Assembly (NCBI RefSeq): GCF_009914755.1
Contig: NC_060928.1
Length of the DNA: 64,000 bases
Direction: 5' to 3' (one strand)
Source: the human T2T-CHM13v2.0 reference genome, Homo sapiens
This document shows positions 53,280-64,000 of the stretch, piece after piece (within the stretch, counting starts at the first letter, position 1; the number at the start of each line of letters is the position of its first letter). A program made the position numbers and the translations under genes. Under the pieces are notes generated by a model. It did no database searches, had not been told where the DNA came from, and saw only the letters and a program-made list of their open reading frames with translations.

Positions 53280-54199
53280 AAGCTTTTGCTTTTTTCTGGC
53301 AAGCAAACTCCTACCCATTCTTCAAGACCCAGTTCAAATGTCACCTCTTCCCCAAAGCTGTCCCAGCTCCTCAGGAGGGCATCTCTGCCTCTCCACCATC
53401 TCACAGCTGCCCTATCTTATCATACTTAACACCCCATACGATCACAGTCTGTTTCTAGATCTGTCTCTCCCATGCAACAGGGAACTCATCCAGGGCAGAG
53501 ACTCATCCTTATCTTCCTGGCTGGCACCCACGGAGTGCCTGGCTCCATAGTACACACTCCATGAATGTTTCTCATTTGATCGGAAACAGTTGGGGGTTAA
53601 AATGATTGTATGCTGAGTATTTCTATGCTGCAAACTCACCAGCCTCCCAGCCATCCTTTCCAACTCCCTTCCCTGTTAGCATGGAAGGAGGGACTTCCCC
53701 TCCCCAGGTTTAACTTGGTTGTCACTTTCACTGACAACCGTGTGTTAAACAGCACCTCTCGTCACTCTCTCCCTTATCCTGCATGTTTTTCCATAGCTTG
53801 TATCCTGCACAGGGATCGTCTGTCTGCTCCCCACACCCTGGATAGAAGCTCCAGGGTTTTATCTGTCTTATTCGCTGTCATATCTGAAGATTCTGGAGGA
53901 GTGCCTGGCACCTGGCAGGCACTCAGCAGTTCTGTGTTGAATTAATCAATCAACCTTATGCGGCTGTCTAGAGGTCTAAGTCTTCACAATAGTGCCTGGC
54001 GGGACTATGCCCTCAGGCTCTAAGCACATGCTGGTTTTTCTTCCTCTTCTTCCTCCTGCCTTCCCTCTCTCCATCCTTCCTCTTCCTCTTTCCCCTTGGT
54101 ACTTGTGTGCTCAGGTCTCTCTCATTACAAGATTCTACATCAGCCACGCATCACCCACATGAACAGGCCCTCCGCCTCCCCTCTGCCCCCGTCAGCTGC

Positions 54200-55320
54200 C
54201 CCAGCCTCTCCACTCACCCCGATGCAGGCATGTATGCCCTGGTGGGCTCTTCTGTAGCCCCAGATCCTCCATCTCTTCTGCCTGGGTTCTGCCACTCCAC
54301 TTGACAAAACTCTCCTTGCCAAGGTCACTGAAACTCTTTAGGACGAAATCCAAAGGACGCACTTTGGTCCTAGCTGGCTTGATCTCACCTCACCTTTGCT
54401 CTCTGGGTCCCTCCTTTTCACACCTGCGACTCCCTTGCCCTCTGTTGTGCCATATGCCCTCTTGAGCTTCCTCCTCAGGCCTCTGCCCATCCTCCACGAA
54501 GCTCAGAAAGGCCCTGCATTCCTCTAAGCTGCTCCAGGCCCTCAGCTCTGCTTGCTGAGCTCTGTCTCCCTGAGCAATCTCACACAGGTGATGACACTGG
54601 CCATCCCTCCCAGGCAGCTGTGCCCACCCACCCCTGTCTATTGGGCCTCCAGCCTGTGGCTCAGTCTCTCTTGGGGACCTCCACCTGGGCAGACATGGGC
54701 GGGTACATCAAACACAACACCCAGCAGACAGAACACATCTCCTTCCACCCACCCCAGGCTACTCTTCCTGGGTTCCGGCTCTCTAAACAGCCCCACCATC
54801 CATCCCCTTGCTCACACCAGAAGGCAGGGCCCAGTGAATATTTGTTATTTGATTGGAAACAATATTCAGGGGTGCAGAGGGAGGCTGCACCCCTCCCGCT
54901 CCCTGTCCCCGTTCCACATCACTGTGAGGCTGGGTGAATCTGTCCTCTGGATCCACGTCCTCCTCCCCAGCCCTCGGCCCCCTCCCTGTCCCCATTCCAC
55001 ATCACTGTGAGGCCGGGTGAATCTGTCCTCTGGATCCATGTCCTCCTCCCCAGCCCTCGGCCCCCTCCCTGTCCCCGTTCCACATCACTGTGAGGCCGGG
55101 TGAATCTGTCCTCTGGATCCGCGTCCTCCTCCCCAGCCCTTGGCACTTCTCTAGGCCTTTGCTTCTCTCCACAGAGGTATGACAGAAGCATCCCTCAGTC
55201 TCCCCGTCTCCAGACCTGGCCCCTCCAACCCATCCTCCTCAGGACAGCCCAGAGCAAAGGAAGAGGGATGCTAGTCATCCTTCAAGAACAAATCTCAAAA
55301 GTCCTTTCCTTGAGGAAAGC
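54200..55320 (+). mobile_element. L2 LINE relic
   Basis: ccactccacttgacaaaactctccttgccaaggtcactgaa...aaatccaaagg and downstream pyrimidine-rich L2-like sequence. Confidence 0.65.
54901..55143. repeat. Tandem repeat, 83-bp unit, ~3 copies
   Basis: Units begin ccctgtcccc at 54901, 54984 and 55067 and are nearly identical. Confidence 0.95.
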
Positions 55321-55689
55321 ACCTGTCTAGGTCTGGGAAGCTGCCTTGAAGGACGCCTTTGATGGGGAAGCCTCTCCGATTACAGGAGGATGGGCTGGGG
55401 CAGAGAAGCAGATAGACAGCGGAGCTACTCTGGAGGGACATGCCGGCCGCCAGGGATGGGGAGCAACACAGGGAGCAGAGGACAAGGGGAAGGGTGGGGA
55501 GCAGGGAGGAAGAGGAAGGGGCTTGCGGGACAGTCCCCTGGTGGGAATTGCCTGGGGCATTTTGAGAACAAGGATATCTAAAGATCAGTCTTGTGCTCTC
55601 CCAGCTGTGTGGTAACCTCCTCCTCTAGGCCGTCACAGGCCTGACTTTCGTGAGCCATACTGGGAGGGTTCTAGTACATAAAAGGGGGG

Positions 55690-56049
55690 TGATATGGTTT
55701 GGCTCTGTGTCCCCACTCAAATCTCATGTTGTAGCTCCCATCATTCTCATGTGTTGTCGGAGGGACCCAGTGGGAGGTAACTGAATCATGGGGGCAGGTC
55801 TTTCCCATGCTATTCTCATGACTGATAGTTAATAAGTCTCACGAGATCTGATGGTTTTAAAAACAGGAGTTTCCCTGCACAAGTTCTCTTCTCTTGTCTG
55901 CTGCCATGTGAGATGTGCCTTTCACTTTCCTTCATGATTGTGAGGTCTCCCCAGCCATGTGGAACTGTAAGTCCAATAAACTTCTTTCTTTTGTAAATTG
56001 TCCGGTCTTGGGAACGTCTTTATCAGCAGCATGAAAACGTACTAATACA
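55690..56049 (+). mobile_element. THE1 solo LTR (ERVL-MaLR)
   Basis: tgatatggtttggctctgtgtcccc ... actaataca, 360 bp, flanked by GGGGG on both sides (5-bp TSD). Confidence 0.92.
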
Positions 56050-56625
56050 GGGGGCCTGGTTCATGTCTGGGTCAGCTTGGAGCTGGGAGAGGGGCTGGCT
56101 GCGGGAAATAACACCTCAGTGTTCTCACCAAATCCTTCAGAATTTCACACACTATTACCCAATAAGTGGATTAAACCAGTTCAATCAAAGCCATCAAACC
56201 CTATTTCACTACTGGCTTTTCTGAGGTCGTAGGGTTGGTACATACATGGCATTCTGACTAGCCAGCCTAACAGTGACAAAATGCAGGTGTGGAACTCCTG
56301 CCCCCAAAACCCTAATGATATTTCCTTCCAGAACAGCTCACAGCTCACACCAATATCTTGTTTAAAAAAATTTGGGTCCTCTGCACAAGGACTCATGCAT
56401 TTAAGTTCTCACATGGGGTCTGAACCAGCTTAGAAAACCTGGGAGGTGGCATTAGGGCTCCTTCCTGGGCTTGGGGCTGGAGTAGTCTCTCTCTGCTTCC
56501 TTTGGCCTTAGGTTTTCCTCCTGCAGAGTCGGGACATGGGACTGGATGATTTCTAAGGCCTCCTATACCACAGGCACTGCTCCCAGTCTGGTCTGTGATG
56601 AATATGATTATTTTAATTAAGCTCT

Positions 56626-56700
56626 CCATCCATCTATCCTTCCATTCATCCATCCATCCATCCATCCATCCATCCATCCATCCATCCATCCATTCATTCA
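56626..56700. repeat. (CATC)n microsatellite
   Basis: Directly visible. Confidence 0.95.
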
Positions 56701-56755
56701 ATGTTTATCTTTTGGCAGTGATAGGTGAGCTGTGCATCTTGACACAAGACAATGA

Positions 56756-58087
<1,332 letters not shown>

Positions 58088-58509
58088 TTACTTAGCTTTT
58101 AGATGCCTCATCTCGAGAATTTTTTTTTTTTTTTTTTTTGCCTTCTGCAAAACAATTTCCTTAAGGCAACATTTCCACTTCTGGTTCTCTTCAGATTCTA
58201 ATTCTCTGTACATATTGTTTTCCTTTAATTATATTTTATGTGAAACTCCCATTGATTTCAATGGGACTCCTTTAAGTACTGGCAAAAAACATATCCTGCT
58301 TAAATGCTATCTAGAACAATGAAAGACAATGTCTCTGTTTTTCTAATTTCAGCAATATGTGTATGTTGAGTTTATTTATATAATTCCACTTCCCATATTT
58401 TTTTGCAGAGTTTCATGATTTCCCAAAAATGTGTAGATAATATAGGCACTTCCTCTAGAGACTTCTGTGAAAAACATTTTACTATACACCAATCTTGCCT
58501 ATGGTTGTT

Positions 58510-60800
<2,291 letters not shown>

Positions 60801-61428
60801 GCTGAGACCTATTCTGGAACGTGCTACCTCCCTGGTACTCCAGGCCTGCCCTACATGCAGGTTGAGCAAGATCCCACAGCTGGAGACGCAGATGTCTGCA
60901 TGAGAAGCCTATAGGACACACAGCAATGTTGAGTGCCCTGGGGCTGCAGGCATGGTGGTGTGTACAGGGAATTCTGAGCTGATACAGAAAATGTCCTAAT
61001 CAGGCACAATCAGGGCATTGTGGAGCCCTGAGGAGGGACTGACTCACCCTCCGGCCACTCTGGCATGGCTCCTGGATGGGCCATGAAACTTCCTGTCCTG
61101 AGGCCTTTGCCTGTGCCATTTCCTCTGCCTGGAAGGCCCCTTCCCATCCCTTCCTGGCTGGGGCCTTGGCTGGCTGACCCCTGCTTGCCCCTTTGGATGA
61201 GGCTCCATTGGAACTTGGTGCTGGACTCCTCCCAGACACCCGGCTTCCCTCCTGACGAGGGTCTTTCCACACCAGCTCTGTCTACACCAGCACCGGCTGC
61301 CCTGTCGCGCTGGTGTCTGCTCCTTGGATGTCTCCTCCACCAGTCTGTGATCAGTCCTTGAGGTCAGGGATGGTGGCTTATTGATCTGCATTATTAGCAC
61401 TCAGTTCAGTAAATATTTGTTGATGAAT

Positions 61429-61922
61429 TGTGTCAACCTTAAATAATGAGATTCAGAAAATACGATCAAGTACAGAGTTTATTTGAGCACAAAGCTTGGG
61501 TATGGCCACCCAGGAAGGCACCGACTCTAGATGAATGGAGTCAATGTTTCCAAAGTGGAGGAGTTAAGATTTCACTTCCAGAGTGAAATCTGTCACTTCC
61601 AGAGACGGAGAAGTTCCAGTAGGGTTACAGCATTTTCCATGCAAGACCAGGTGCATATGCCACAGTGATTTAGTTGGTTACAAGTTGCTACATTCCCAGC
61701 AAGATTACTTTATTACTCTGTAAGGAGGGGTAGTGATCTGAGGGAGGTCTTATCTCTGGCGCCATTTGGTCGTAATTATTTACAGAAAAAAAAGGGTAAA
61801 AGGTGCAGCTGCATGAGCATGACGCAGGCTGCATAGTCACATTTCTTCAAGGCTTAGGAAAATTTAAGTTCCAACAGCCGTAAATTCAAATTATCTTAAA
61901 TTTGAATTATTTAGTTTCGCAA
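61429..61922 (-). mobile_element. ERV1-class (MER4-group-like) solo LTR
   Basis: tgtcaaccttaaataatgagattcag...gagtttatttgagc (reverse AATAAA), ~490 bp; subfamily not determined. Confidence 0.6.
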
Positions 61923-62255
61923 CCAGATTATTTGGGTATAACAGTTGTGGGAGGGGGAGTTGTGTCTCAGCTGGGTACTGAAGGATGAATAGGAATTTGC
62001 CAGAGGGGGCATTCCAGGCAGAGGGAAGAGCCTTTGCAAAGGACATGGTGTTTGAAAAGCAGGTGAGACGGTGCTGCTCAGCAAGGAAGGGTGCAAGAGG
62101 GAAGGGCCAGGAAGAGGCTGGAGAGGGAGGCAGTGGCCAGATGATGGCCGGTGAAGGAGCTGGGGCCTCAGCAGGGAAGAAATTCGTGAAGTGCCCCCAG
62201 TAGTGCCAATCAAGTCTGCAATACATATTGCTGTGGGCTGCTGAGCAGACGATAG

Positions 62256-63651
<1,396 letters not shown>

Positions 63652-64000
63652 AAAGGAGTGGCATGGTATATAAATGTTACAATTGAGAGAGACTCAGGGT
63701 GTTAGCGGAAGGGGAAGCTGGTAGCAGGTAGGGTTTGCTAATGGAGCTCTCAGAAGTGACGTCTGGCTGAGGAATGAGCCTCACAATTCAGACATGAGAA
63801 AAGGAAAGCTCTTCTCTTTATGAAACCCAGTTCAGCAATAGGCCCGGCAGCCTCTGCTGGTACCCCAGGGAAGCACTGATTTCCTCTCCCGTTTAATTGC
63901 TCGGAAGGGCTTTTATGCTTAGGGACTTGCCCCTCTCGGCTCTGTGGTACAGAAACTGCTGAATCCCAGGCTTCTCCACAGAGCACCCGCCCTAACCCCA

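Overview
Primate (very likely human) genomic DNA, dense in Alu (about 45 copies or fragments), MIR, L2, L1 fragments, MaLR/ERV1 solo LTRs and old DNA transposons. One strong CpG island (~43.3-44.6 kb) carries GC boxes, a CCAAT box and a minus-strand ATG-free first exon ending in a consensus donor (GAG|GTGAGA at 44201). Positions 1-44200 therefore look like a very long first intron of a minus-strand gene whose coding exons lie left of the window, and 44.6-64 kb looks like repeat-rich upstream DNA. The architecture recalls TEX2, but that is an unverified recollection. No convincing protein-coding exon was found; the ORF track is explained by Alu, L1, tandem repeats and the GC-rich island. I see no evidence of a new multi-gene system. 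The most unusual items are a perfect 34-bp inverted repeat (50408-50503), a 42-bp x ~29 minisatellite that arrays AGGTCA and ETS motifs and resembles a MIR core, two further minisatellites grown inside L2 relics, a motif-dense candidate enhancer at ~8.2-8.7 kb, several candidate cryptic 5'UTR exons and nearly abutting inverted Alu pairs. Repeat boundaries and subfamilies were judged by eye and are approximate.
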